This document shows, piece after piece, positions 48,712 to 58,995 of a stretch of DNA of 64,000 nucleotides (position 1 is the stretch's first letter; the number at the start of each line of letters is the position of its first letter). The notes beneath the pieces were generated by a model. That model saw nothing but the letters and a program-made list of their open reading frames with translations. It did not search any database and was not told the origin of the DNA. Source of the DNA: Myxococcota bacterium (GTDB lineage: Bacteria; Myxococcota_C; UBA6777); the NCBI GenBank assembly GCA_023150835.1, contig JAKLKB010000013.1:1-64000 (forward strand), read 5' to 3'. A program made the translations under genes and the position numbers.

Positions 48712-48820
48712 ACCTACCTCCCCGCCTACTCCCTCTCGCGCTCTCTCATCTCTCCCCCTCTCATCTCTCCCCCTGCACAACACTCCCTTCAAAACAACAC
48801 GATGACGCAACGAAAAAGGG

Positions 48821-48849
48821 TTGCTTCTAAGATCGTCCTTTGCTATAAG
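48821..48849 (+). promoter_or_regulatory. Candidate sigma-70 promoter of the rimP operon
   Basis: TTGCTT-17 nt-TATAAG with an extended -10 TG. Confidence 0.5.
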
Positions 48850-48953
48850 TGTTCTGCCCTTTCGAGATAGAGCGCCTTTTGAACCCAAATCGCCCGATTC
48901 TTGGTCTTCAAAGGCCCCCGCTGAGGGCATCCAACGCAGCGCAGGTGTTTGGG

Positions 48954-48985
48954 AAAAGTGGGTCTTGTTGCCCGCTTTTTTGTTT
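48954..48985 (+). terminator. rimP-leader-like attenuator hairpin
   Basis: aaaagtggg-loop-cccgctttt followed by a T tract, upstream of rimP-nusA; resembles the GTGGG..CCCAC hairpin of rimP leaders. Confidence 0.65.
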
Positions 48986-49117
48986 ATGGGGCCTTCCGAT
49001 CGTCTTTGTTCAAACCTGCGACACCCCTCCGCGTACAAGGAAACTCCCGACCCAAAGCGCAGACACCCCCCTCCAGACCCATGTCTCCGCTTGTCATCAC
49101 AAAAGGCAGGATTCGAT

Positions 49118-49702
49118 ATGTGTGCAGCAACCCGTAACAGCGTCATCGAAGCCCTTTGGGCGCTTCTTGACCCTCTCATCGAAGGGGCGGGTTTTGAATT
49201 GTTGGAGATCGAATACGTCCGCGAAGGACAATGGATCCTCCGACTCTACGTCGACAAACCCGATCTCCCGATCCTCGAAGGTCTTGGCGTTGCTCCCGGG
49301 CAGGGCATCTCACTAGACGACTGCGCCAGCCTCAGCCGCCAAGTCTCCGCATTCTTGGATGTCGAAGAAGTCATCCCCCACGCCTACAACCTCGAAGTCT
49401 CTTCGCCCGGCATCCAACGCCCCCTGCGCAAAAAATCGGAATTTCAACGTTTCGCCAGTTGCCGAATCCGCCTCAAAAGCCTCGATCCGATACGCTCCGA
49501 AGATCCGAACTTTCCAACGCCCAGCCGCAACATGTACGGAGCCATCGTCGAGATCCATGACGATTATCTCGGCCTCGATATGGACGGACACCTCTTCCAC
49601 ATCCCTTGGCACCTGATCGCCAAAGCTCACCTCGATCCCGATATGGACGCGTGGCTTGCGCTGTCTTCCAAGACGCACATCGAAATTGAAACAGGAGAAT
49701 AG
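49118..49702 (+). CDS. rimP: Ribosome maturation factor RimP
   Basis: LRLYVDK, GISLDDCASLSRQVS..LD, YNLEVSSPGIQRPL; lies upstream of nusA. Confidence 0.93.
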   Translation: MCAATRNSVIEALWALLDPLIEGAGFELLEIEYVREGQWILRLYVDKPDLPILEGLGVAPGQGISLDDCASLSRQVSAFLDVEEVIPHAYNLEVSSPGIQRPLRKKSEFQRFASCRIRLKSLDPIRSEDPNFPTPSRNMYGAIVEIHDDYLGLDMDGHLFHIPWHLIAKAHLDPDMDAWLALSSKTHIEIETGE

Positions 49703-49707
49703 AACGT

Positions 49708-51213
49708 ATGGCCGCAGATGACTTGCAGCTCAAAAAAGTGTTGGAAGCGATCGAACGCGAGAAAGGCATCGATCGCTCTGTCCTTATCGATACCATCGAG
49801 TCCGCCGTCTTGAAGGCTGCCCGCAAAAAACTTGGGATGAATCTCGATCTAGAAGCCCGCTACAACGAAGAAAAAGGCGAAGTCGAGGTCTTCCGTTGGT
49901 TGCGCGTCGTCTCCACCATCGAAGATCCCGACCGCGAGATCGAACTCGAAGAAGCTCGGCAAAAACTCGACCAAAACTGCGATGTGGACGATGAACTCGG
50001 CGAAAAGATCGATACATCGGACTTTGGGCGCATCGCCGCACAAACCGCCAAACAAGAGATCATCCGCCGCGTTCGTGATGCCGAACGCGAGCTGGTCTAC
50101 AACGAATACAAAGACCGCCGTGGAGAGATCGTCACAGGCGTACTCCGTCGCCACGAACGGCAAAACTGGATCATCGACCTTGGCCGCGCAGAAGCCCTGC
50201 TCACCAAAGAAGATCAGATCCCCAAAGAGACCAACGTCCGCATCGGCGACCGTATCCAAGCCTACATCAAAGACGTCAGAAACGAAGACAACAAACCCAT
50301 CGTCACCCTCAGCCGCACAGACGAAGGTTTCTTGATCAAACTCTTTGAGATGGAAGTTCCCGAGATCTACGAAGGGATCGTCAAGATCGTCAGCGCTGCC
50401 CGCGATCCGGGCGTACGCGCCAAGATCGCTGTCACCTCACGCGACAACGACGTCGATCCTGTCGGTGCGTGCGTCGGCGTCAAAGGCGCTCGCGTTCAGT
50501 CTGTCGTCCAAGAACTGCGCGGCGAAAAGATCGATATCGTCCTCTACAGCGAAGATCCCGCCCGCTTTGTTTGCAACGCCATCGCCCCCGCACAAGTCAG
50601 CCGCGTCATCATCGACGAAGATGTCCGATCGATGGAGTTGATCGTCCCCGACGATCAACTCTCCCTCGCTATCGGTCGAAAAGGCCAAAACGTTCGGCTC
50701 GCTTCAAAACTCACCAACTGGCGCATCGATATCCTTTCGGATCAAGACGTCCTCGCCGAGCAAGAACGCACCGTTAGCCTCATGCAAGAATGCGCCGGCG
50801 TCACCCGCGAGATGCTCTTGCCCTTGTTTAAACTCGGATACCGCTCCGCCCACGATATCGTCAAAGCCGATCAACAAGACCTCGCGATCATCCCCGGCAT
50901 CGGAACAGAAAACGCAACCTTACTCCAAGAAACCGCAACCAAAGTGGTACGCGAGATCGAAGCGCAACGCCGTACGATCCGAAAGCCTTTGCGACCCACA
51001 CCCAACACCGCCGCTGTCGAAGGCACCCCAGAAGCTCGCACAACGCCCTCATCCACCGATGAAAACCAAACCGAACAGCCTTCGTCTGCATCCGTCGACG
51101 AAAACCACATCGAACAGCCTTCGTCTGCATCCGCCGACGACTCCTCAAACAAACCAAACCACCCCCCAGAACAAAGCGAAAACGCCCCTTCTGTGGACAA
51201 AGACAACTCCTAA
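49708..51213 (+). CDS. nusA: Transcription factor NusA
   Basis: FGRIAAQTAKQ, ARDPGVRAKIAV, DPVGACVG.KG.RV, LSLAIGRKGQNVRLA; acidic tail with a 39-bp duplication. Confidence 0.97.
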   Translation: MAADDLQLKKVLEAIEREKGIDRSVLIDTIESAVLKAARKKLGMNLDLEARYNEEKGEVEVFRWLRVVSTIEDPDREIELEEARQKLDQNCDVDDELGEKIDTSDFGRIAAQTAKQEIIRRVRDAERELVYNEYKDRRGEIVTGVLRRHERQNWIIDLGRAEALLTKEDQIPKETNVRIGDRIQAYIKDVRNEDNKPIVTLSRTDEGFLIKLFEMEVPEIYEGIVKIVSAARDPGVRAKIAVTSRDNDVDPVGACVGVKGARVQSVVQELRGEKIDIVLYSEDPARFVCNAIAPAQVSRVIIDEDVRSMELIVPDDQLSLAIGRKGQNVRLASKLTNWRIDILSDQDVLAEQERTVSLMQECAGVTREMLLPLFKLGYRSAHDIVKADQQDLAIIPGIGTENATLLQETATKVVREIEAQRRTIRKPLRPTPNTAAVEGTPEARTTPSSTDENQTEQPSSASVDENHIEQPSSASADDSSNKPNHPPEQSENAPSVDKDNS

Positions 51214-51374
51214 CAAGAAAACGAAACAACACAAATCAACGAACGTTTCGAGGCCCAACAGCCCCGAAACACCCGATGACTCCACAAACAGAGCCTTCTC
51301 ACGCATACCCCCGTGGTGCTTGTTCTCACACAACCCACCGCCGAAAGAGGACTCCACTCTCAAAGGAGAAGAGA

Positions 51375-52094
51375 TTGACGGAAACGGCAAACCAAGAACC
51401 CGAAGAAACAGGCCCCCTACGCACTTGCGTAGCAACGCGGAAACGCCTTGCCCCCGAACAGATGTTGCGCCTTGTCCTTGATCCAAGCGGACAACGCGTC
51501 TATCTCGATTACCTGCACAAGCTCCCCGGACGCGGCGCTTATGTCTGCGCCGACCGTGACAGCTTGCGCAAAGCTGTCGAAAAAGGTGGCATCAAAAAAG
51601 CCTTCCGTGCGCCCGTTATCGCTGACGCAGACACCCTTCTCCGAGAAGCTGCCGAAGCTGCCAACCGTCACCTCTCTTCTTTGCTTGCTTTGGGGCTGCG
51701 CGCAGGAGCGATCGCTGCCGGCAACAGCCGCGTCGAACACACCCTGCGCCAAGGCTCCGCACTTCTCATGTTGATCGCGATGGACGCTGCACCAAGCATC
51801 CTCACCAAGTTTTCTCGCTGGGCCGCACGCCTCTCCATCCCTTGCCTTCAAACCTTTCCCAAAGACGTTCTTGGCTCCCCTCTGCGACTCCCCTCCTGCT
51901 CCCTGTTGACCGTCACAGAGGCGGGCTTTGCAGAAATATTGCAACGCGAAGCCATACGCGCCCAAGGGTTCCTTCCCCCCATGCCACCTCCCGCAAAGGA
52001 CCACACACAAAAGGAACACACCCAAGATCAAGATGCGGATGCGGATGCGTCACCCCTCCCCGACTCTCCGCCCCCAAACGATCACAAACCTTAG
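51375..52094 (+). CDS. YlxR (DUF448) fused to an L7Ae/YlxQ-like domain
   Basis: PLRTCVATR, KLPGRGAYVC, then LLALGLRAGAIAAG...LMLIAMDA; lies between nusA and infB; TTG start after AAGGAG. Confidence 0.8.
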   Translation: MTETANQEPEETGPLRTCVATRKRLAPEQMLRLVLDPSGQRVYLDYLHKLPGRGAYVCADRDSLRKAVEKGGIKKAFRAPVIADADTLLREAAEAANRHLSSLLALGLRAGAIAAGNSRVEHTLRQGSALLMLIAMDAAPSILTKFSRWAARLSIPCLQTFPKDVLGSPLRLPSCSLLTVTEAGFAEILQREAIRAQGFLPPMPPPAKDHTQKEHTQDQDADADASPLPDSPPPNDHKP

Positions 52095-52181
52095 CCGACC
52101 GTTCAAAACAAATGCGTTTGTTACTTACCGCTGCACTTTTGCTGTTGTGGATTAGATAAACTTTTCCGAGGAGCTTACTAG

Positions 52182-55100
52182 ATGGCCAAGATTCGCGTTC
52201 ACCAAGTCGCCAAAGAACTGGGGATACCAAGCAAAGAGTTCATCGAGAAAGCCCAACAGTTGGGCTTTTCACACATTAACTCTCACGCCAATACGTTGGA
52301 AAACAACGAGATCAAAGAACTCAAACTCAAACTCGGGCAAGGCAAAACTTCTGAACCTGTTGTTCGCCCCACCGTCTTGCGCAGACGTGCCCAAACCGCA
52401 GACCCCGAACAGGCCACCCCCAATATCCAAACCATCGTCACCCGACGAGAAGGCGAACAAGAGATCGTGATACAGCGCACGCGTTGGGAAATGCCCCAAA
52501 CCATCGCCTCCCTCCCCACACAACTCTTGTCCCTCGATCTTGGCATCCGGCCTGATGCTCCGCCTCCCTTCGTCCCTCCCAATCTATCTTCAACACCACC
52601 CGAGATCGCAAATCCCGCCCCGATCTCCACGCACACTCTCCCCACCGAACATCCCCCACAAAAAGAAACCCCTATAGCAGAAAAACCTACCAACGATCCT
52701 CCCCATGTATCCGATAAATCCAAAAAAGCGGAAACAATTTCTTCGCCCGCTCCTGTACAACACAAAACCGATCCTGTACTACTCGAACATCCTTCGCCAG
52801 AGCAGCCCAAACCGCGTGACCTTGCCAAGGCCCCCACCACCGCGACGACCGCAGATTCACCGGCCCACACCGAAGGAAAGATCCAAACCATAACCCTCGC
52901 GCAGGAACCTGTTGGTCCATCTGGAGAAGATGTGACTCGTCCCTCAAAAACGACTACACCGTCAACCTCTACCGAGGAGCCTACGCCTTCCCGTCAGATC
53001 GACGCCCCGAAGACTTCGTCTCCGCCTCACCAACCTGAGGAGCTCAAGATACCCCACATGGCCGAACCATCGTCCCAAACCACCCCCACCCCCACCCCGC
53101 CCCACCGCGTCGAAAAGGCTGGACCTCCCAAATCCCAATCCTCTGCGCACACGCCCCCCTCGCAAACACCCCCACCTGCGGATCCACAAGCCCCACAACC
53201 TCCACCGTCTCGGCCACAACAGCCGTCACCTTCCTCCCGCTCCTCCCAACCCAACACACAGTCCAACTCTCGTTCGGCTCCTTCAACTCCGCACTCCGCG
53301 CAACACTCTCCCCAAAACCCGCGATCCAACCCACAACAAACCTCTCCCTCCACCCAAAGCTCCTCCGCCGCCAACTCGCCCTATCCACAAAGTCGCAATG
53401 AGCGCCACTCACAAAGCCAAGGTGAGCGCCCTCAACAAAGCCAAGGTGAGCGCCACTCACAAAGCCAAGGTGAGCGCCACTCACAAAGCCAAGGTGAGCG
53501 CCACTCACAAGGCCAAGGTGAGCGCCCTCAACAAAGCCAAGGTGAGCGCCACTCACAAGGCCAAGGTGAGCGCCCTCAACAAAGCCAAGGTGAGCGCCAC
53601 TCACAAAGCCAAGGTGAGCGCCCTCAACAAAGCCGACCCTACTCACAAGGCCCTTCGCAAGGTCAAGGTGAGCGCCCTCAACAAAGCCGACCCTACCCAC
53701 AAGGCCCTTCACAAGGCCAAGGTGAGCGCCCTCAACAAAGCCGAACCTACTCGCAAGGCCCTTCACAAGGACAAGGTGAGCGCCCCCAACAAAGCCGGCC
53801 CTACTCACAAGGCCCTTCACAAGGCCAAGGTGAGCGCCCCCAACAGAGCCGACCCTACTCACAAGGCCCTTCACAAGGCCAAGGCGAGCGCCCTCAACAG
53901 AGCCGACCCTACTCACAAGGCCAAGATGATCGCCCTCAACAAGGGTACGACGCTTATCCCAGACGACCTCGCGCCCCTGAGATCCCCATCCTCGATCCGA
54001 TCCCCACGGACGCCTTTGGCTTTGGCGAAGACCTTCGCGGTTCTCGCAAACAAAGCAAACGCCACAACCGCAGCACACCCAACAGCAGCCCGACCAACGA
54101 CGAGTTTGGTCGCGGAAAACGACCGACCAAAAACGCCCCTGCTCCTTCGCAACTTCTCAAGCCCAAAAAGGCCAAAGACCGCAAGCTCGCCAAACAGCGA
54201 GGCCCACAACAGCCCATCACCGCACCCATGTCCGAACGAAAGCGCGTGATCAAAGTCGACGAAGCGATCTCCGTGAGCGAACTGGCCCATCGCATGGGTG
54301 TCAAAGCAACTGAGTTGATCATGAAGCTCCTCAAACAAGGACTCATGGCCACCATCAACCAAGCCTTGACCATCGAAGAAGCCACCCGCCTCGCAAAAGA
54401 CTTTGACTACGACGTCCAAGACGTTGGCTTTGAAGAAGAAGCCATCCTACACCAACGCGAAGAAACCGATAGCTCCGACGAACTTTTCCCTCGTTCTCCT
54501 GTCGTCACTGTCATGGGACACGTCGACCACGGAAAAACTTCGCTGCTCGATAGCATCCGCAAGGCTCGCGTTGTCGATCAAGAAGCCGGTGGGATCACCC
54601 AACACATCGGGGCCTACGCCGTAGAACGCAACGGACACAAGATCGTCTTCCTCGATACGCCCGGACACGAGGCATTTACCGCGATGCGAGCGCGTGGCGC
54701 GCAAATCACCGATATCGTCATCCTCGTCGTCGCTGCCGATGACGGGATCATGCCGCAAACGGTCGAAGCTATCCGACACGCCCAATCTGCGGGCGTCCCC
54801 ATCGTCGTCGCGATCAACAAGATCGACAAACCAAGCGCCGATCCCAAACGTGTTCGCTACGAACTCACTCAGTACGACCTCTTGGATGAAACCTTCGGTG
54901 GAAGCGTCCAAATGGCTGAAGTCAGCGCGATGACAGGCGCAGGCATCGACGAACTCCTTGAGCGCGTCCTACTCGAAGCCGAGATCCTCGAACTCCGCGC
55001 CAACCCAAACAAACGCGCCAAAGGAACCGTGTTGGAGTCCCGCATCGAAAAAGGACGCGGACCCGTCTCGACTTTCCTCGTCCAAGAAGGAACCTTGCGC

Positions 55101-55991
55101 AGCGGCGATGCCGTCGTTGTCGGCCCGCACTACGGTCGCGTCCGTGCGATGTTCGACGACAGCAACCGCCCCCTTAAAGAAGCCGGCCCCGCCATGCCCG
55201 TCCGTGTACTCGGACTCTCCGGCCTCCCCGACCCCGGCGAATCCTTCGATTGCGTAGCGGACGAAAAAGCCGCCAAACAAGTCGCAGAACACCGCCAAGA
55301 ACAAACCCGACGCATCGAACAAGCAGGCGCTGTTCGACGCACTTCTTTTGGCGATCTCTTTGGCGAAGAGAAAAAAGAACTCAACATCATCCTCAAAGCC
55401 GATATGCAAGGCTCCCTTGAAGCCTTGCGCGAAAGTCTGCTCAAGATCCAACACGTCGAGATCGAACTCGCGATCCCCCTCGCTGCTGTCGGTGGTATCA
55501 CCGAAAACGACGTCAACTTGGCAGCCACCACCAACGCTGTGATCATCGGCTTCCAAGTCCGGCCCGACGCCAAAGCACAAAAGCTCGCAGAAACCGAAGG
55601 CGTCGAGATCCGTATCTACCGCGTGATCTACGACCTGCTCAACGATGTCAAAGCCGCGATGGAAAAACAACTCGCCCCCACCATCCAAGAAAAACCCATC
55701 GGACAAGCCGAGATCCGCAACGTCTTTGCTATCTCCAAAGTCGGAAAGATCGCAGGTTGCTACGTCACCGAAGGCAAACTCACCCGCAACGGCTTGATCC
55801 GACTCTACCGCAACGATATCCAGATCTACGAAGGCAAGATCAGCGGACTCAAGCGCTTCAAAAACGATGCGCGTGATGTCGCCCAAGGCTACGAGTGTGG
55901 TGTCCAGATCGACGGCTACCAAGATATCCGCGAAGGCGACACCATCGAGTGCTACGAACTGGAAGAGATCGAGACCAAACTGGAGAGCTAA
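52182..55991 (+). CDS. infB: Translation initiation factor IF-2
   Basis: [59 protein letters not shown]. Confidence 0.98.
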   Translation: MAKIRVHQVAKELGIPSKEFIEKAQQLGFSHINSHANTLENNEIKELKLKLGQGKTSEPVVRPTVLRRRAQTADPEQATPNIQTIVTRREGEQEIVIQRTRWEMPQTIASLPTQLLSLDLGIRPDAPPPFVPPNLSSTPPEIANPAPISTHTLPTEHPPQKETPIAEKPTNDPPHVSDKSKKAETISSPAPVQHKTDPVLLEHPSPEQPKPRDLAKAPTTATTADSPAHTEGKIQTITLAQEPVGPSGEDVTRPSKTTTPSTSTEEPTPSRQIDAPKTSSPPHQPEELKIPHMAEPSSQTTPTPTPPHRVEKAGPPKSQSSAHTPPSQTPPPADPQAPQPPPSRPQQPSPSSRSSQPNTQSNSRSAPSTPHSAQHSPQNPRSNPQQTSPSTQSSSAANSPYPQSRNERHSQSQGERPQQSQGERHSQSQGERHSQSQGERHSQGQGERPQQSQGERHSQGQGERPQQSQGERHSQSQGERPQQSRPYSQGPSQGQGERPQQSRPYPQGPSQGQGERPQQSRTYSQGPSQGQGERPQQSRPYSQGPSQGQGERPQQSRPYSQGPSQGQGERPQQSRPYSQGQDDRPQQGYDAYPRRPRAPEIPILDPIPTDAFGFGEDLRGSRKQSKRHNRSTPNSSPTNDEFGRGKRPTKNAPAPSQLLKPKKAKDRKLAKQRGPQQPITAPMSERKRVIKVDEAISVSELAHRMGVKATELIMKLLKQGLMATINQALTIEEATRLAKDFDYDVQDVGFEEEAILHQREETDSSDELFPRSPVVTVMGHVDHGKTSLLDSIRKARVVDQEAGGITQHIGAYAVERNGHKIVFLDTPGHEAFTAMRARGAQITDIVILVVAADDGIMPQTVEAIRHAQSAGVPIVVAINKIDKPSADPKRVRYELTQYDLLDETFGGSVQMAEVSAMTGAGIDELLERVLLEAEILELRANPNKRAKGTVLESRIEKGRGPVSTFLVQEGTLRSGDAVVVGPHYGRVRAMFDDSNRPLKEAGPAMPVRVLGLSGLPDPGESFDCVADEKAAKQVAEHRQEQTRRIEQAGAVRRTSFGDLFGEEKKELNIILKADMQGSLEALRESLLKIQHVEIELAIPLAAVGGITENDVNLAATTNAVIIGFQVRPDAKAQKLAETEGVEIRIYRVIYDLLNDVKAAMEKQLAPTIQEKPIGQAEIRNVFAISKVGKIAGCYVTEGKLTRNGLIRLYRNDIQIYEGKISGLKRFKNDARDVAQGYECGVQIDGYQDIREGDTIECYELEEIETKLES
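53398..53942 (+). repeat. In-frame tandem repeats within infB (about 9 x 24 bp, then about 5.5 x 54 bp)
   Basis: Encodes [16 protein letters not shown], then [18 protein letters not shown]. Confidence 0.95.
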
Positions 55992-55993
55992 TC

Positions 55994-56545
55994 GTGGTTG
56001 TCGGGGTCTGTCGCCTCAGTCTCTACCTCCAAGGTGTCCGCTCGCTCAAAGGCAAACGACAGATCGTGCGGCGCATCGTCGAACGCGTCCGAAATCGCTT
56101 TCAGATCGCGATCGCCGAAGTCGCCGACCAAGATATGCACCAGCGCGCAACCCTTGGCATCGCCCTTGTTGGGAATCAACACACCCACATCCAAATACGC
56201 CTATCTTCCGTCCTCCAAGCCATCGAGTCCCTCCAACTCGGGATCCTTCTTCAACCCCAAATCGAGATCGCCCACTACGGCGAAGACTTCGGCCACTCCG
56301 AAAACTACGCCTCCATCCTCTCCCTTTCTTCCTCCTCGTCACACGACGAAAATCACAAGGAGTACGGGCAGCAGGGCGCTCTCGATGACAGCGGGGATCT
56401 CGAAGAAGATCCCCTGTGGGATATCGAGGCCGAAGAAGCCGCGCTCCAACGCGGTGAAGATGAAGACGAAGACGAAAACGAAGAAGACGACGCCATCCCG
56501 CCCGCTTGGCGGGACTTCGTCAAAGAAAGAGATCACAAACCATGA
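55994..56545 (+). CDS. DUF503 (YlxP) protein with acidic C-terminal extension
   Basis: VVGVCRLSL....RSLKGKR, RF.IAIAEV..QD.HQRATLG; lies between infB and rbfA. Confidence 0.85.
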   Translation: MVVGVCRLSLYLQGVRSLKGKRQIVRRIVERVRNRFQIAIAEVADQDMHQRATLGIALVGNQHTHIQIRLSSVLQAIESLQLGILLQPQIEIAHYGEDFGHSENYASILSLSSSSSHDENHKEYGQQGALDDSGDLEEDPLWDIEAEEAALQRGEDEDEDENEEDDAIPPAWRDFVKERDHKP

Positions 56546-56937
56546 GTGCCCACCGCACCGACCGCCTCGCCCAACAATTCCGCCAAGAGATCAGCGACAT
56601 GCTCCAACGCAACGAGATCAAAGATCACCGTCTTGGCTTTGTCACCGTCTCAGGTGTGCGCGTGAGCAAAGACATCAGCCAAGCCCTTGTCTTTGTCAGC
56701 GTCTTTGGTAGCCCCCAAGAAGCCAAAGACAGCATCGCCGCTCTCCAACACGCCCAAGGTTTCATCCGACACGAACTCGCGCAACGCCTCCGCATCCGAC
56801 GCACGCCTGCGATCCTCTTTCAACTCGACCACTCCATCGAAGAAGGGCATCGCATCAATCAACTGATCCAACAACTCCCCGAGTTCCAGTCCCCCACACA
56901 AACCGATGCTCCACCCGATGAGGACGGCAGCGTATGA
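56542..56937 (+). CDS. rbfA: Ribosome-binding factor A
   Basis: IKDHRLGFVTV..V.VSKD, AQGFIR..LA..LRIRRTP...F..D.SIE. Confidence 0.95.
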   Translation: MSAHRTDRLAQQFRQEISDMLQRNEIKDHRLGFVTVSGVRVSKDISQALVFVSVFGSPQEAKDSIAALQHAQGFIRHELAQRLRIRRTPAILFQLDHSIEEGHRINQLIQQLPEFQSPTQTDAPPDEDGSV

Positions 56938-57929
56938 GCCTAGACAACACCCTTCACCTCGATCACCTCTGGTCCCAGATCACCACAACCATCCACGCCG
57001 CCCAACGCCTCTTGATCGCAGCACATCGTGGGCCGGATGGCGATGCGGTCGGCTCCGCCCTCGGCCTTTATGCGACCCTCCAAGCTCTCGGAAAAGACGT
57101 CACCCTCTACGATAGCGCCCCCTACCCCGAGCGTTTCGACTTTCTCCCCAACCTCCACGCCCTCACCACTTCGCTTGATCCTCACGCCCATTTTGATGCC
57201 ACCATCCTTTGCGATTGCGGCGAACTTGCCCGCGCACCCGAAGGTTTCCCTTCCCGCGAACGCCTCGGAACCTTCATCGTTCTCGATCACCACATCACCT
57301 CCGGACTCGAAGGCGATATCAACCTCAACAACCCCAATTCTCCTGCAACGGGGCTGTTGATCCTCGAACTCGCCCAGCGCCTCCATGTCCCCCTTCTTCC
57401 CGCCATCGCCAAATCCGTATACTGCGCTCTGCTCTCCGATACGGGCGGCTTTCGCTACCAAAAAACCAGCCCCGCCGCACTCCGCGCAGCAGCCGAACTC
57501 CTCGAAGCCGGCGTCGATCCTTGGGAGGTCTCTTCTGGACTCTTCGAGTCGAATCCGATCGAACGCCAGCGTCTGCTCGCTCTCTGCCTCCATACCCTCG
57601 ATCTCCGAAACAACGGCCTGATCGCGTTCCTCCACGTCACCGAAGAGATGTTCCACCAAACCAACAGCGACGCAAGCATGACCGACGGTTTTGTCAACTT
57701 TGGCCGAGGCATCAAAGGGGTCGAAGTCGCCGCCTTCTTGCGCCCCCAACCACAAGGCTGGAAAGTCAGCTTGCGCTCGCGTGGCCGTGTCAACGTCTCA
57801 GGTGTCGCAAGTCACTTCGGCGGTGGAGGGCATCAACAAGCCGCTGGCACCGTCATCCAAGGCGATCTCGAACAAGTCAAACAAGCGATCCTTCTCTCGC
57901 TCCTCCCACAACTGCAAGCCCTCACTTGA
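56934..57929 (+). CDS. nrnA: DHH/DHHA1 nanoRNase / pAp phosphatase
   Basis: H..PDGDAVGS, LDHH, SDTGGFRY, KVSLRS, FGGGGHQQAAG. Confidence 0.88.
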   Translation: MSLDNTLHLDHLWSQITTTIHAAQRLLIAAHRGPDGDAVGSALGLYATLQALGKDVTLYDSAPYPERFDFLPNLHALTTSLDPHAHFDATILCDCGELARAPEGFPSRERLGTFIVLDHHITSGLEGDINLNNPNSPATGLLILELAQRLHVPLLPAIAKSVYCALLSDTGGFRYQKTSPAALRAAAELLEAGVDPWEVSSGLFESNPIERQRLLALCLHTLDLRNNGLIAFLHVTEEMFHQTNSDASMTDGFVNFGRGIKGVEVAAFLRPQPQGWKVSLRSRGRVNVSGVASHFGGGGHQQAAGTVIQGDLEQVKQAILLSLLPQLQALT

Positions 57930-58052
57930 TCTCCACACAAAAACTCCACCTCTCGACAACGCCCACCCCACCGCAAAAATCATCACAACACAAACCCTCA
58001 TCCCGCCGCGAAAATCATCACCACAACCCCTCACCCCAACACGGAACATCTC

Positions 58053-58967
58053 ATGGACGGCCTACTTCTTCTTGACAAACCCCAAGGTCTCACTTCCATG
58101 CAAGCGCTCGCTCGCATCAAAAAGCTTCTTCGCGCAAAAAAAGCCGGACACACGGGAACCTTGGACCCTCTCGCCACGGGGATTTTGCCGATCTGCCTTG
58201 GTCAAGCAACACGCCTCGCCCAATTCTTACTCGCAAGTGACAAACGCTATGAGGCCGAGATACTCCTTGGGATCGAGACGGATACGCTCGACAGCGAAGG
58301 GGCGATCACCCACCAATCGCCCCTTCCCACCGACCTCTCCGAAGAAAAGATCCAACACGCTCTCCAAGGCTTTTGTGGCCCCCAAGAACAAGCTCCTCCC
58401 GCCTACTCCGCGCTCAAGATCCAAGGGCAACGCGCTTACGATCTCGCTCGTGCAGGCCAAGACATCGAACTTTCCCCCCGCCCCATCGAGATCTTCTCGA
58501 TCCAGCTTCTCTCCATCGATCTCCCGCACGTCCGCTTTTCTTGCCACGTCTCCAAAGGCACCTATATCCGATCGATGGCACGCGATATCGGGCAATCTCT
58601 CGGGTGTGGCGCTCATCTAACCGCTCTGCGCCGCACGCAAACAGGCCGATTCTCCGTCGAACAAGCGCTCACCCTCCCCGCCATCCAACAAGATCCGCTC
58701 GCCGCGATCGCATCGATCCTCCCCATCGACGCGATGCTGATCGAGCTTCCAGCCCTCCAACTTTTTGACGAAGAAGCCAAACGCCTACGCCAAGGACTCT
58801 TAACTCGCGCCTTCCAAGAGCGCGTCCCTCCGCCTTCTCACAACGAGCCTCTCCCTTACCGTGCGCTCGACCCACAACAACACACCCTTGCTTTGCTCCA
58901 ACCCACCCCCTGCGGATGGACGATCTTGCGCGTTCTTGATCCATCCTCGACCACAAACACCCCCTAA
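58053..58967 (+). CDS. truB: tRNA pseudouridine(55) synthase
   Basis: LDKPQGLTS, GHTGTLDPLATG, PPAYSALK..G, SKGTYIRS.ARD.G, LTALRRT. Confidence 0.96.
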   Translation: MDGLLLLDKPQGLTSMQALARIKKLLRAKKAGHTGTLDPLATGILPICLGQATRLAQFLLASDKRYEAEILLGIETDTLDSEGAITHQSPLPTDLSEEKIQHALQGFCGPQEQAPPAYSALKIQGQRAYDLARAGQDIELSPRPIEIFSIQLLSIDLPHVRFSCHVSKGTYIRSMARDIGQSLGCGAHLTALRRTQTGRFSVEQALTLPAIQQDPLAAIASILPIDAMLIELPALQLFDEEAKRLRQGLLTRAFQERVPPPSHNEPLPYRALDPQQHTLALLQPTPCGWTILRVLDPSSTTNTP

Positions 58968-58995
58968 CCACCCTCCCATCGACTTCTTCGAAAGT

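Noticed and set aside
53398-53942. CRISPR array in infB
   Set aside because: In-frame coding repeats with no unique spacers and no cas genes
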